From Lacibacter sp. (GTDB taxonomy: Bacteria > Bacteroidota > Bacteroidia > Chitinophagales > Chitinophagaceae), in the NCBI GenBank assembly GCA_050916065.1, contig CP051137.1:1846561-1910560 (forward strand): a DNA stretch of 64,000 nucleotides, in the 5' to 3' direction. Both the position numbers and the translations under genes were made by a program. A model generated the notes under the pieces. It was not told where the DNA came from. It saw nothing but the letters and a program-made list of their open reading frames with translations, and searched no databases. Every line of letters starts with the position of its first letter. The first letter of the stretch is position 1. This document shows, in pieces, positions 18,245 to 27,594 of this stretch.

Positions 18245-21200
18245 TTAGAAAATATACCTGATACCAAACTGCATCTGCCAGCGGCTTTGCAAATCAGGAT
18301 TTGATAAAAATGTTTTTGTAAGAGAAGGATCAAAACGATAAACAGGTGTATTACCGCTCAATGATACACTAAGAGGTTGAAAATACCCTGAAGTTGTTGC
18401 ATATTGTCTTACACCCCATTTACTGCTGATGAAATTACCAAGGTTGATAAAATCAAAACTGAACTGTACCATCTGCTTTTTATCCTTTCCGATTTTCATA
18501 TCCTGGAGAACACGTAAGTCTACCTGGCTGTACCATGGAGTTGTAGCGCCATATTTTTCAGTGTATTTTCCACGGAGACCGCTGAGGTATTTATCCTGTG
18601 AAATAAATTTTTGAAAAGCGGTACGCTGTGCGGCAGGACTTTGTACGTTACCATTAATATCAGTAAAAGGAGCAAAGCTCATCGAATTGATTTCTGCATC
18701 AGTAGGCACATACATAATATCATTGGAATTAGTACCATCGTTATTGATATCACCACCATATACATAAGCAAAACGATCACCTGCATTCCATGAACCAAAA
18801 GCAGAGATGGTAGTAGACCAACGTTTACCGTAATCATACTTCTTGGAAACGGCAGCAATAATGCGGTTCTGAATACCATACAAAGAAGGTGATAGTATGG
18901 CTGCATTGGCATTATTCAGAATCGGGTTACGGTCAAAGGCATCACTTGAAATTTCTGCAGAGATAGAGCTTGCATCTTTAGCAGTGAGGTAGTTATATGC
19001 AACCATTGCATACCAACCGTTTTTGAATGTTTGCTGTGCCTGAAAACTTGCATTAAACTGATAACCCACATTGGTATTAGTAAACACATATGCATTAGCC
19101 GTGCCTTTGTCAGCCGCCGTATAAATTTTACGGTTATCACCTGTACCTGAATTCAATGTACCTGTAGGCGTACCTAAATTATAATTACGAACCATCATGG
19201 CATTTACATCTTTTGTATAAGCAATATCAACGGTAAAGATGGTTCCGAAAGGAATTTTAAAATCAGTTCCGATATTGGTTCTCCAAACCTGCGGCCACTG
19301 GAAATCCCTGTCTGTTGCATTATAGAAAAAGCTGAAAGGATTACCGATATGATTACCAATCCATACAAAGGGGAAACGACCGGTAAATAATCCACTACCA
19401 CCACGAATCTGCACACTCTTATCACCTTTTACATCCCAGTTAAATCCTGCACGGGGTGATAAAAGAAATTTCTTAGTAGGAAGACGATTATTGTCTAAAT
19501 CCCGCCCGGCACCATTAGTGATTCTTCTTCCGCTTGCATCAAATAATGTAAGATTGTCGTTATTCTGAAGAGTGGGTGAACCTTGTGTAACTGTTCCTTT
19601 ATAAGTACCATCTGCATTAAAATCCGGACTCACAAAACTCAGGTTTGTATAATTAGGCTTATCTGCACGCAATCCCAATGTAAGCGTAAAGTTTTTCGAT
19701 ACATTTATTTCATCCTGGAAGTAAAAAGACAATTGAGATACAGTCAAATAATACCATGACCATTGATCAGCCCTTGCACGGTTGCGGGCATAATTTACGT
19801 CAACATCCAATGGATAAGCACCAAATACAAATGGCCTGCTCCCCGGAACACTGTCTTTAAATGTTTGAATATCGGCCTCTGAAAATAAAGTGGGGCCATA
19901 CCCCGTTAAATTAAATGAATTACCAAACTTAAACTGCTCATAAGAAAATCCTGCAGTTAAAGTGTGATTTTTCAAGAATACATTGAAGTTATCAGTGATT
20001 TGTAATGCATCCTGATTTAAACGGTTATAAATGGAGAAAGGCTCGTGCCCTGCAATAATATAACGAACTCCGTTTTTGGTAAGGTTTACTACTGGGAATG
20101 GCTCTGAAAATGGATTTCGCTTATCACGAAAACTTGTAAACACGCCACGCAGTTTATTGGCAAACTTGCTGTTGAAGTTTGATTTTAATTCCCCACTGAA
20201 AGAGTTTAGATTGTTCACGATTTCATAACCGGAGTTACGGAATTGCAAAGTTGTAAAATCAGGCCCACGGCGTCCAATAGCGCTTGGATGTGCCGGCTTA
20301 CCTTTTGATGCACTCAAACCATTATAGGTTAAAGCCAGTTTATGAACCTGATTAATATTCCAGTCAATTTTTGCCAGCCACTTGTAGTTTGTTTGGTCAT
20401 AAGTAAATCCCTGGTAAGGACCAGTTTCATAATTAAACTTATTTCTCAAAATGGAACTCACAGCAATCAGATCGCTTTCTAATACACGGGATGTATTGGA
20501 TTTGCCTGTATTACCTGCATTCTGAGCCACATAACTGGTGGGTTGATCTGAACGTTGCTCTGTTTCAAAGTTAATAAAGTAAAAAAGTTTATTCTTTTTG
20601 ATTGCACCTCCCAATGATGCACCAATTTGTAATTGACTGAGCGAAGGAATTTCAAACTTTGTTCCATCTACTTTTTTACCAGTAAAATTTTGATCACGAT
20701 AAAACACATAAACGGTTCCAAATGTTTTGTTACTACCACTCTTGGTTACAGTATTTACGCCTGCACCGGTAAACCCGGCTTGTGTAACATCATAAGGTGC
20801 AATATTCACCTGTATCTGATCAATGGCATCCAGTGAAACCGGTTGTGCATTGGTTTGTCCACCGGGTGTAGGTGCGTCCAATCCAAATGGATTATTAAAT
20901 ACAGCACCATCCAATGAAAAATTATTATACTGACCGTTTCTGCCGGCAAATGACAACCCATTATAGGTGGAAGATGCTGAAGGTGTTAATCGTAAATAAT
21001 CATCAGCAGAACGATTAATGGTAGGCAGACTTCTGATAAGACGGTTATTGATTGTGGTAGAAGCCCCGGTTCTTTTGTTGTCAAATATTCTGTTGCCACC
21101 TTGAATCACTACTTCTTTCAACTCACCCGCCTTTTCTTCCATTGCCACTTCCACCGGAGTATTCTGACCTAATTCCAGGAAAACATTATTGACAACGGTG

Positions 21201-21469
21201 GTATTAAATCCAACAAAATTGATGGTGATTTTATACGGCCCCCCCACACGCAGGTTCGGAACTGTAAATCTTCCGTCGGCTTTGGTTGTTACTGTTTGTT
21301 TGATACCGGCATCAGGAAATTCAATAGTCACCGTTGCTGCAGCAAGAGCGGTTCCTTTTTTATCCTGTACCAATCCGTTTAACGTAGCTGTAGTAACCTG
21401 TGCTGTTGCAAAGTAACCACAGAAAAGCAGTAGCATACTTAATGATGCTTGAAGTAAATGTTTCAACAT
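18245..21469 (-). CDS. TonB-dependent receptor, Oar-like, with carboxypeptidase-regulatory-like N-domain
   Basis: NLRVGGPY, NNFSLDGA, VSLDAIDQIQV, VTKSGSN, C-terminal QFGIRYIF. Confidence 0.92.
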   Translation of the reverse strand: MLKHLLQASLSMLLLFCGYFATAQVTTATLNGLVQDKKGTALAAATVTIEFPDAGIKQTVTTKADGRFTVPNLRVGGPYKITINFVGFNTTVVNNVFLELGQNTPVEVAMEEKAGELKEVVIQGGNRIFDNKRTGASTTINNRLIRSLPTINRSADDYLRLTPSASSTYNGLSFAGRNGQYNNFSLDGAVFNNPFGLDAPTPGGQTNAQPVSLDAIDQIQVNIAPYDVTQAGFTGAGVNTVTKSGSNKTFGTVYVFYRDQNFTGKKVDGTKFEIPSLSQLQIGASLGGAIKKNKLFYFINFETEQRSDQPTSYVAQNAGNTGKSNTSRVLESDLIAVSSILRNKFNYETGPYQGFTYDQTNYKWLAKIDWNINQVHKLALTYNGLSASKGKPAHPSAIGRRGPDFTTLQFRNSGYEIVNNLNSFSGELKSNFNSKFANKLRGVFTSFRDKRNPFSEPFPVVNLTKNGVRYIIAGHEPFSIYNRLNQDALQITDNFNVFLKNHTLTAGFSYEQFKFGNSFNLTGYGPTLFSEADIQTFKDSVPGSRPFVFGAYPLDVDVNYARNRARADQWSWYYLTVSQLSFYFQDEINVSKNFTLTLGLRADKPNYTNLSFVSPDFNADGTYKGTVTQGSPTLQNNDNLTLFDASGRRITNGAGRDLDNNRLPTKKFLLSPRAGFNWDVKGDKSVQIRGGSGLFTGRFPFVWIGNHIGNPFSFFYNATDRDFQWPQVWRTNIGTDFKIPFGTIFTVDIAYTKDVNAMMVRNYNLGTPTGTLNSGTGDNRKIYTAADKGTANAYVFTNTNVGYQFNASFQAQQTFKNGWYAMVAYNYLTAKDASSISAEISSDAFDRNPILNNANAAILSPSLYGIQNRIIAAVSKKYDYGKRWSTTISAFGSWNAGDRFAYVYGGDINNDGTNSNDIMYVPTDAEINSMSFAPFTDINGNVQSPAAQRTAFQKFISQDKYLSGLRGKYTEKYGATTPWYSQVDLRVLQDMKIGKDKKQMVQFSFDFINLGNFISSKWGVRQYATTSGYFQPLSVSLSGNTPVYRFDPSLTKTFLSNPDLQSRWQMQFGIRYIF

Positions 21470-21622
21470 AACTCGTGATTTGCAACAAAAGTAAGCGGCA
21501 GTTAATAATAAGTTGACGATTTTTTAACACATCCTTAAAACTTAATATTGCTATTCACAACTTATGCAGGTATTTGCGCTTTTCTGTCCCGCTGTCAAAG
21601 TATCATGAATAAGAATTACTAC

Positions 21623-21650
21623 AAAAAACCCGTCAGCTGACTGACGGGCT
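21623..21650 (-). terminator. Intrinsic terminator of lysC
   Basis: CCCGTCAG-CTGA-CTGACGGG with A-tract on the plus strand. Confidence 0.8.
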
Positions 21651-21674
21651 TAAATTCTTTCGATTCATTCAACA

Positions 21675-22997
21675 TTACTCCAATCCAAATATTCCCTTGT
21701 TCAGCACCTGTAATGTTTTGGTACGGTCATCACTGGGCACCAGCAAAGAAATGTTATGCGGACTGCCCCCGTAACTCACCATACGCACAGGAACATCGGA
21801 TAGACTGTCGAACAATTTAGTAAGTACGTTTTCTGTTTTGGCAATTTCATTACCCACTATACTTACAATACTCATGTTTTTATCAATATCAATGGTACCG
21901 AAGGGTTCCAGTTCCTTGATAATTTCAGCAAGATGCGTATCATTATCAATCGTTACAGATACCGCCACTTCAGAAGTAGTAATCATATCAATAGAAGTAC
22001 GGTACTTCTCAAACACTTCAAATACTTTACGTAAGAACCCATAAGCCAGTAACATACGGCTGCTTTTGATCTTGATAGCAATAATGCCGTCTTTGGCTGC
22101 CACTGCTTTTACTCCTACACTTCCTGCTTCTTCCACAATCAATGTACCCTTGGCATCAGGCTGCATGGTATTAAGCAACTTCACCGGAATATTGTAATGT
22201 TGTGCGGGCCAGATGGAGGCAGGATGCAGAATTTTTGCACCAAAGTAGGCCAGCTCTGCTGCTTCATCAAAACTCAACTGTTCAATAGCTACTGTTTTCT
22301 TTACAATACGTGGATCGTTATTGTGCATACCATCAATATCCGTCCATATTTCACAAACACTGGCATTGATAGCTGCAGCAATGAGCGACGCTGAATAATC
22401 ACTGCCGCCACGTTTTAAATTATCTACTTCACCTCTGGAGTTGCGGCTGATGTAACCCTGTGTAATGAATAATTGAACATCCTTATGCTGATTGAGTAAT
22501 TGACTCAACTTTACTTTAATGGTGCCTACCTGAGGTTCATCATAACTGTCAATACTCATGAAATCCAATGCAGGCAACAATGCATGTTTGATTCCTTTTT
22601 CTTCCAGGTAACAGCTGAACATTTTTGTACTCATCAATTCACCCTGCGCCAGGATATCTTTATTCAACGCTTCATTAAAAGATATTTTCAGAATGATGTT
22701 TAAGAACTCAAAATGCTCCGCTATAATGGCACGACATTTTTCTTTGGCTGCATCTGTACTAAGCAGATTGTTAATGAAATTTTGATAATGCTCATTTAAG
22801 GCATCAATTTTTTGTTTGGCTTCCCGTTTATCACCTGTTGCCAATGCATCACCAATTGCCACTAATGTATTGGTGGTTCCACTCAAAGCACTTAACACAA
22901 CGATCTTACTTTCATTATCACGTGTTATTAATTGTGCTACATCATGCATGCGTTCCGGCTTACCAACCGAGGTGCCACCAAACTTCATCACTTTCAT
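21675..22997 (-). CDS. lysC: Aspartate kinase (two ACT domains)
   Basis: KFGGTSVG, VVLSALSGTT, RGGSDYSA, WTDIDG, AAELAYFGAKILHP. Confidence 0.96.
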   Translation of the reverse strand: MKVMKFGGTSVGKPERMHDVAQLITRDNESKIVVLSALSGTTNTLVAIGDALATGDKREAKQKIDALNEHYQNFINNLLSTDAAKEKCRAIIAEHFEFLNIILKISFNEALNKDILAQGELMSTKMFSCYLEEKGIKHALLPALDFMSIDSYDEPQVGTIKVKLSQLLNQHKDVQLFITQGYISRNSRGEVDNLKRGGSDYSASLIAAAINASVCEIWTDIDGMHNNDPRIVKKTVAIEQLSFDEAAELAYFGAKILHPASIWPAQHYNIPVKLLNTMQPDAKGTLIVEEAGSVGVKAVAAKDGIIAIKIKSSRMLLAYGFLRKVFEVFEKYRTSIDMITTSEVAVSVTIDNDTHLAEIIKELEPFGTIDIDKNMSIVSIVGNEIAKTENVLTKLFDSLSDVPVRMVSYGGSPHNISLLVPSDDRTKTLQVLNKGIFGLE

Positions 22998-23282
22998 AGT
23001 CGTAAAATTTTATTTTTTATGTTACCTGCTTTTGTATTTCATAGCATCAACCCAACCCTTTCAATCTTTACCTATTCAAGAACTCCGCCTCCCCGCCCAA
23101 GCGGGGATAGACAGTTTCATTTCGTTTCGTTACATACTTCTAACCGATGAATTTCTTCATCATCCCCCCCACCGTCTTGTTAAAGTTGAAAATTCTTTAA
23201 AAGCCGTTCAGCAACAAATCTCTCTTATGAGCAAGCAATCGTACCGGCGGTGATCAGCATCTAAATCAGCCGGGCTGCGAAA

Positions 23283-24359
23283 TTAAAGATTGACGTTGAA
23301 TTTCTGTCCAACTTTTGTCAAATCTTCCATCACTGATGCTACAATCGGAATTCCTTTCTCCATCCGCTCCTGTTCAAACAAACGTTCGGGGTCTCCGGGC
23401 ACCAACACTTTTTGGTCCGGGTGAACGGGAGTTGCAGTTCGGAAACGATGCAGCCATTGATCCATATCTTTTTTAAAATCTTCAGCTTTACGAAACGCAT
23501 CAATACGCATGGCACCAAAAAAATGTCCCAACCCCTTGCCGGGTTGATTCTCCGGCATGGGCACATACGCAGGAAAAGGGTTGGCCCAAGGTCCGTAATT
23601 GGCACCGCTCAACACCGCTGAAAAAATATCAACAATACTTCCCAATGCATATCCTTTATGACTGCCATGTTCACGGTCACTTCCCAAAGGCAACAAGGCG
23701 CCGTTATTTTTTAAGGCATGCGCATCGGTTGTTTCATTTCCGTCTACATCCTGGATCCATCCCAAAGGTGCATCCGCTTGTTTGCGTTGTAAAATTTCCA
23801 ATTTGCCGTTGGCAGCCGTTGTAGTGGCAAAATCTGCAACAAAAGGTTCTTCATCTCCGGCGGGAATTGCCACCGCAATAGGATTAGTACCCAGCATCCT
23901 TTCTTTTGAAAAAGTAGGCGCTACCAGTGCACTGGCATTGGTCATGGCCATACCAATCATATCATGTTGCAAAGCCATCATGGCGTGATAGCCTGCAATA
24001 CCAAAGTGATTACTGTTTTGTACACTTACCCAACCGGTGCCACAGATTTTGGCCTTTTCAATAGCGATGTTCATGGCATAAACTGCAACCACCAAACCCA
24101 GGCCGGCATCACCGTCTACCACTGCTGTTGACGGACTTTCATGAATAATGCGGATGTTGGGAGTTGCATTTACACGACCTGCTTCCCACAAACGCACATA
24201 ACCACTCAAGCGTGCCACACCATGACTATCAATACCTCTTACATCTGCCGCCAATAATGCTTTTGTGGCGGTTGAAGCATGTTCTTCACTGCAACCAATA
24301 GCAAGAAAAATGTTTTGAGTGAAGTTGTAGAGATGTGTGTAAGAAAATGTTTGCTCCAT
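23283..24359 (-). CDS. Ldh_2 family (malate/L-lactate dehydrogenase-like) oxidoreductase
   Basis: ADVRGIDSHGVARL, NSNHFG, GTNPIA, HKGYAL, VPGDPE; start placed at MEQTFSY. Confidence 0.92.
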   Translation of the reverse strand: MEQTFSYTHLYNFTQNIFLAIGCSEEHASTATKALLAADVRGIDSHGVARLSGYVRLWEAGRVNATPNIRIIHESPSTAVVDGDAGLGLVVAVYAMNIAIEKAKICGTGWVSVQNSNHFGIAGYHAMMALQHDMIGMAMTNASALVAPTFSKERMLGTNPIAVAIPAGDEEPFVADFATTTAANGKLEILQRKQADAPLGWIQDVDGNETTDAHALKNNGALLPLGSDREHGSHKGYALGSIVDIFSAVLSGANYGPWANPFPAYVPMPENQPGKGLGHFFGAMRIDAFRKAEDFKKDMDQWLHRFRTATPVHPDQKVLVPGDPERLFEQERMEKGIPIVASVMEDLTKVGQKFNVNL

Positions 24360-24422
24360 GAATGATACTACAATTAATGATGCTGTTTTGAATTGTAAAC
24401 CATCACTGCCATTTGCAGTGCA

Positions 24423-24470
24423 GTACAAGAGTCATGCTGAAGACGTGATGTACCATGCGACGCAAAGGTG
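24423..24470 (+). repeat. Dispersed intergenic element, copy D (interrupted)
   Basis: GTACAAGAG + 24-nt insert + TGCGACGCAA. Confidence 0.55.
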
Positions 24471-24511
24471 ATGCTATGAAAAACCAATGCCCTTTTCACC
24501 AAATATCAACT

Positions 24512-24829
24512 TTAAGCCTGAGCTGTTGGCCCGCCAAAATTCATAGGAATAGCCATTTCTTCCAGGTCACGGATGCTGCCATTGGCCGCTTCAAAACGCT
24601 GAATATTTTCAGTAAGCGCTTTCATAAAACGCTTGGCATGCTGCGGAGTAAAAATGATACGGCTTTTTACTTTGCTCTTGGGCGTGCCGGGCATAACGTT
24701 TACAAAGTCAATCACAAACTCTGCATGGCTGTGGGTGATGATGGCCAGGTTGGCGTACTCCCCTTCGGCTACTTCTTCGGTAATTTCAATATTGAGCTGG
24801 TTCTGGGGATTCATTTGTTGTTCATCCAT
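24512..24829 (-). CDS. DUF3467 family protein
   Basis: QLNIE..EEVAEGEYANLAIITHS.AEFVIDF, SRIIFTPQHAKR. Confidence 0.88.
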   Translation of the reverse strand: MDEQQMNPQNQLNIEITEEVAEGEYANLAIITHSHAEFVIDFVNVMPGTPKSKVKSRIIFTPQHAKRFMKALTENIQRFEAANGSIRDLEEMAIPMNFGGPTAQA

Positions 24830-24925
24830 AATAAAAGTTGAGGGGCGAAGATAAGCAGGAGGCGGCAGATTGATTTTTTTGAAGAAAAGAGGCTAAAAAG
24901 TTTTTCGCTGAAAAGTTGAAACCCC

Positions 24926-24933
24926 TATCTTTG
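24926..24933 (+). promoter_or_regulatory. Bacteroidota -7 promoter box for tRNA-Asp
   Basis: TATCTTTG matches TAnnTTTG. Confidence 0.65.
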
Positions 24934-24990
24934 CCGTCCCGAAAACGAACCTGATTTCTGATTGAGTCAGAGGCCATGGTTCGGGTTCAA

Positions 24991-25064
24991 GGATCGGTAG
25001 TTCAGTTGGTTAGAATGCCGCCCTGTCACGGCGGAGGTCGCGGGTTCGAGTCCCGTCCGGTCCG
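24991..25064 (+). tRNA. tRNA-Asp(GTC)
   Basis: Cloverleaf GGATCGG...CCGGTCC; anticodon arm CCGCC-CT GTC AC-GGCGG; GGTTCGAGT T-loop. Confidence 0.97.
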
Positions 25065-25065
25065 C

Positions 25066-25098
25066 AAAAAAGTCCAGCAAAATTGCTGGACTTTTTTT
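25066..25098 (+). terminator. Terminator after tRNA-Asp
   Basis: AAAAAAGTCCAGCAA-AA-TTGCTGGACTTTTTT. Confidence 0.85.
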
Positions 25099-25154
25099 AT
25101 TGCCCGTATCCCTTGTCAAAAGGGTGTTTATATTTGTTCATTAACATTTTCATC

Positions 25155-26126
25155 ATGCTCAAAATCGGCGTTTTTGGTGCGGGTCACCTGGGTAAATTTC
25201 ATTTAAACAACTGGAAAGAAATTGAAGGTGTGGAACTGGTTGGCTTTTATGACCCCAGCGACCGTACTGCCAAGGCTGTTACTGAAAAATACAACCTCAA
25301 ACGGTTTGCCAACCCGGAAGATTTAATGGCACTGGTAGATGCGGCTGATGTGGTGGCTCCCACCAATCATCACTTTGATTTATGCAAACTGGCGGTACGC
25401 ATGGGTAAGCATGTATTTGTAGAAAAACCAATGTGTAATACTATGGAAGAAGCCAATGAACTGGTGAAACTGGTGCGGGAGGCCAATGTAAAATTACAGG
25501 TAGGCCATGTGGAGCGTTTTAACCCGGCGTTTCTGGCGGTTAAAGACCTACAGTTGAATCCTATGTTTATTGAAGTTCACCGTCTTTCACAATTCAATCC
25601 ACGTGGCACCGAGGTGAGTGTAATACTGGATTTAATGATTCATGATATTGACATTATTTTAAGCCTGGTGAAAAGCGATGTAAAACAGGTACATGCCAAC
25701 GGTGTGGCGGTAATGACGGATACGCCTGATATTGCCAACGTACGTATTGAATTTGACAACGGCTGTGTGGCCAATCTTACCAGCAGCCGCATCAGTATGA
25801 AGAAGATGCGTAAGATCCGTTTGTTTCAACGAGATGCGTATATCGGCATTGATTTCCTTGAAAAGAAAAGTGAAATCATTAAAATGAAAGACACCAATGA
25901 TAAGGATGCCTTTACGTTTGACATTGAAACAAAGAACGGCACCAAAACCATTGCGGTTTCTAATCCTGCTGTTAAAGATGTAAATGCGATTAAGATGGAA
26001 TTACAGCAGTTTAAAGATGCAATCAGTAATAACACACCTACTGCTATAACAGAAGTAGATGGTTTGCGGGCAATGGATGTGGCACACCAGATTCTGCAGA
26101 AAATTGAACGGAGTACCGCTGTGTGA
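25155..26126 (+). CDS. Gfo/Idh/MocA oxidoreductase
   Basis: GVFGAGHLG, HVFVEKP, VGHVERFNPA, DLMIHDID; start placed at MLKIGV. Confidence 0.92.
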   Translation: MLKIGVFGAGHLGKFHLNNWKEIEGVELVGFYDPSDRTAKAVTEKYNLKRFANPEDLMALVDAADVVAPTNHHFDLCKLAVRMGKHVFVEKPMCNTMEEANELVKLVREANVKLQVGHVERFNPAFLAVKDLQLNPMFIEVHRLSQFNPRGTEVSVILDLMIHDIDIILSLVKSDVKQVHANGVAVMTDTPDIANVRIEFDNGCVANLTSSRISMKKMRKIRLFQRDAYIGIDFLEKKSEIIKMKDTNDKDAFTFDIETKNGTKTIAVSNPAVKDVNAIKMELQQFKDAISNNTPTAITEVDGLRAMDVAHQILQKIERSTAV

Positions 26127-27535
26127 AAATGATGGCTAATAAAAAGATATCAGTCCGTTGGTATTTGCTGGGTGATTGGCTGGCAGCTGTTCTCAGCTGG
26201 GGTTTGTTCTACCTGTTGCGCCGTTTAGTTTTGGGAGAAGCTCAATCTCTTTTTCAACAGGAACTGGATGATAATTTTTATCTCGGTATCACCATCATTC
26301 CACTCTGCTGGTTAGCTTTATTTCATCTTGCAGGCACCTATCGGAATCTTTACTATAAATCAAGGCTACAGGAATTAACCAATACGTTTTTCAGCACTTT
26401 GCTGGGCTGTACTTTTATATTCTTTGCATTCCTGTTGGATGATAACATTTCTTTTTACACACTGTATTATAAAGAGGCCGGTCTTTTATTCGGCATCCAC
26501 TTCTTTTTATTCTGGTTAAGCCGCTGGAGCATACTAATGTATATAAAGAACCAGTTAACCAGCCGGCAGGTTGTAATTCCTACACTCATTATAGGTAATG
26601 GGCCAAAAGCCCTGCAGGTTTACAAAGACATAAAAGAAGCCCGCTCTGAAATTGGGTATGAAGTATGCGGTTATATCCAGACAGGTAATTACAGTAACGG
26701 AATCAACAAACAGGTTTCTTCATCCGGTACAATTGATAATCTTTCTGATGCTATCAGGCAGCATTCAATTGAACAGGTTATTATTGCTACTGAAGAAAAG
26801 AGCTCAACCGATTACTGCATCAATCTCCTCAGTGAACATGATGTAAACATTAAACTTTTGCCGGATACTTCTGATATTCTTTCCGGCTCTGTAAAAACAA
26901 CTAATATCACCGGGGCAGTGTTGATTGAATTACACAACAACATGATGCAGGAGTGGCAACTCAACATCAAACGCCTGGTGGATGTAGTGTTTTCCTTACT
27001 GGCTTTATTGATTCTTTCACCATTGATGCTTTATACAATGCTCCGCATTCGTCTTTCATCACCGGGAACAATCTTTTACTCACAGGAACGGATTGGTTTG
27101 AAAGGAAAGCCCTTCCGCATTCATAAGTTCAGAAGTATGATTATGAATGCAGAACCCAACGGGCCGGCACTTTCTTCAAATCATGATGAACGGATTACAC
27201 CTTGGGGCAAGGTGATGCGGAAATGGCGCCTGGATGAATTGCCGCAGTTCTGGAATATTCTGAAAGGAGATATGAGCCTCGTAGGCCCCCGGCCGGAACG
27301 CAAATTTTATATTGACCAGATTGTACAAAAAGCACCCTACTACCGTTTTTTGTTGAAGGTAAAACCGGGCCTCACCAGTTGGGGGATGGTCAAATTCGGC
27401 TATGCTGAAAATGTAGATGAAATGATTGAGCGGAGTAAATATGATTTGGTGTATATTGAAAATATATCACTGGGACTGGACCTGAAAATATTAATCCACA
27501 CTTTACGTTTAATATTTTTGGGGAAAGGACGATAG
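26123..27535 (+). CDS. Polyprenyl-phosphate sugar phosphotransferase (WcaJ/WbaP-like)
   Basis: N-terminal TMs; KRLVD, KFRSM, LDELPQFWNILKGDMSLVGPRPER, KPGLT. Confidence 0.92.
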   Translation: MKMMANKKISVRWYLLGDWLAAVLSWGLFYLLRRLVLGEAQSLFQQELDDNFYLGITIIPLCWLALFHLAGTYRNLYYKSRLQELTNTFFSTLLGCTFIFFAFLLDDNISFYTLYYKEAGLLFGIHFFLFWLSRWSILMYIKNQLTSRQVVIPTLIIGNGPKALQVYKDIKEARSEIGYEVCGYIQTGNYSNGINKQVSSSGTIDNLSDAIRQHSIEQVIIATEEKSSTDYCINLLSEHDVNIKLLPDTSDILSGSVKTTNITGAVLIELHNNMMQEWQLNIKRLVDVVFSLLALLILSPLMLYTMLRIRLSSPGTIFYSQERIGLKGKPFRIHKFRSMIMNAEPNGPALSSNHDERITPWGKVMRKWRLDELPQFWNILKGDMSLVGPRPERKFYIDQIVQKAPYYRFLLKVKPGLTSWGMVKFGYAENVDEMIERSKYDLVYIENISLGLDLKILIHTLRLIFLGKGR

Positions 27536-27594
27536 CTGAAATGCCAGATCCAAACAAACCTGAACACAACGCTTTACATTTTAATATCCATTAA

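Noticed and set aside
24976..25206. 76-aa ORF, and similar ORFs at 52414-52626
   Set aside because: They overlap tRNA genes.
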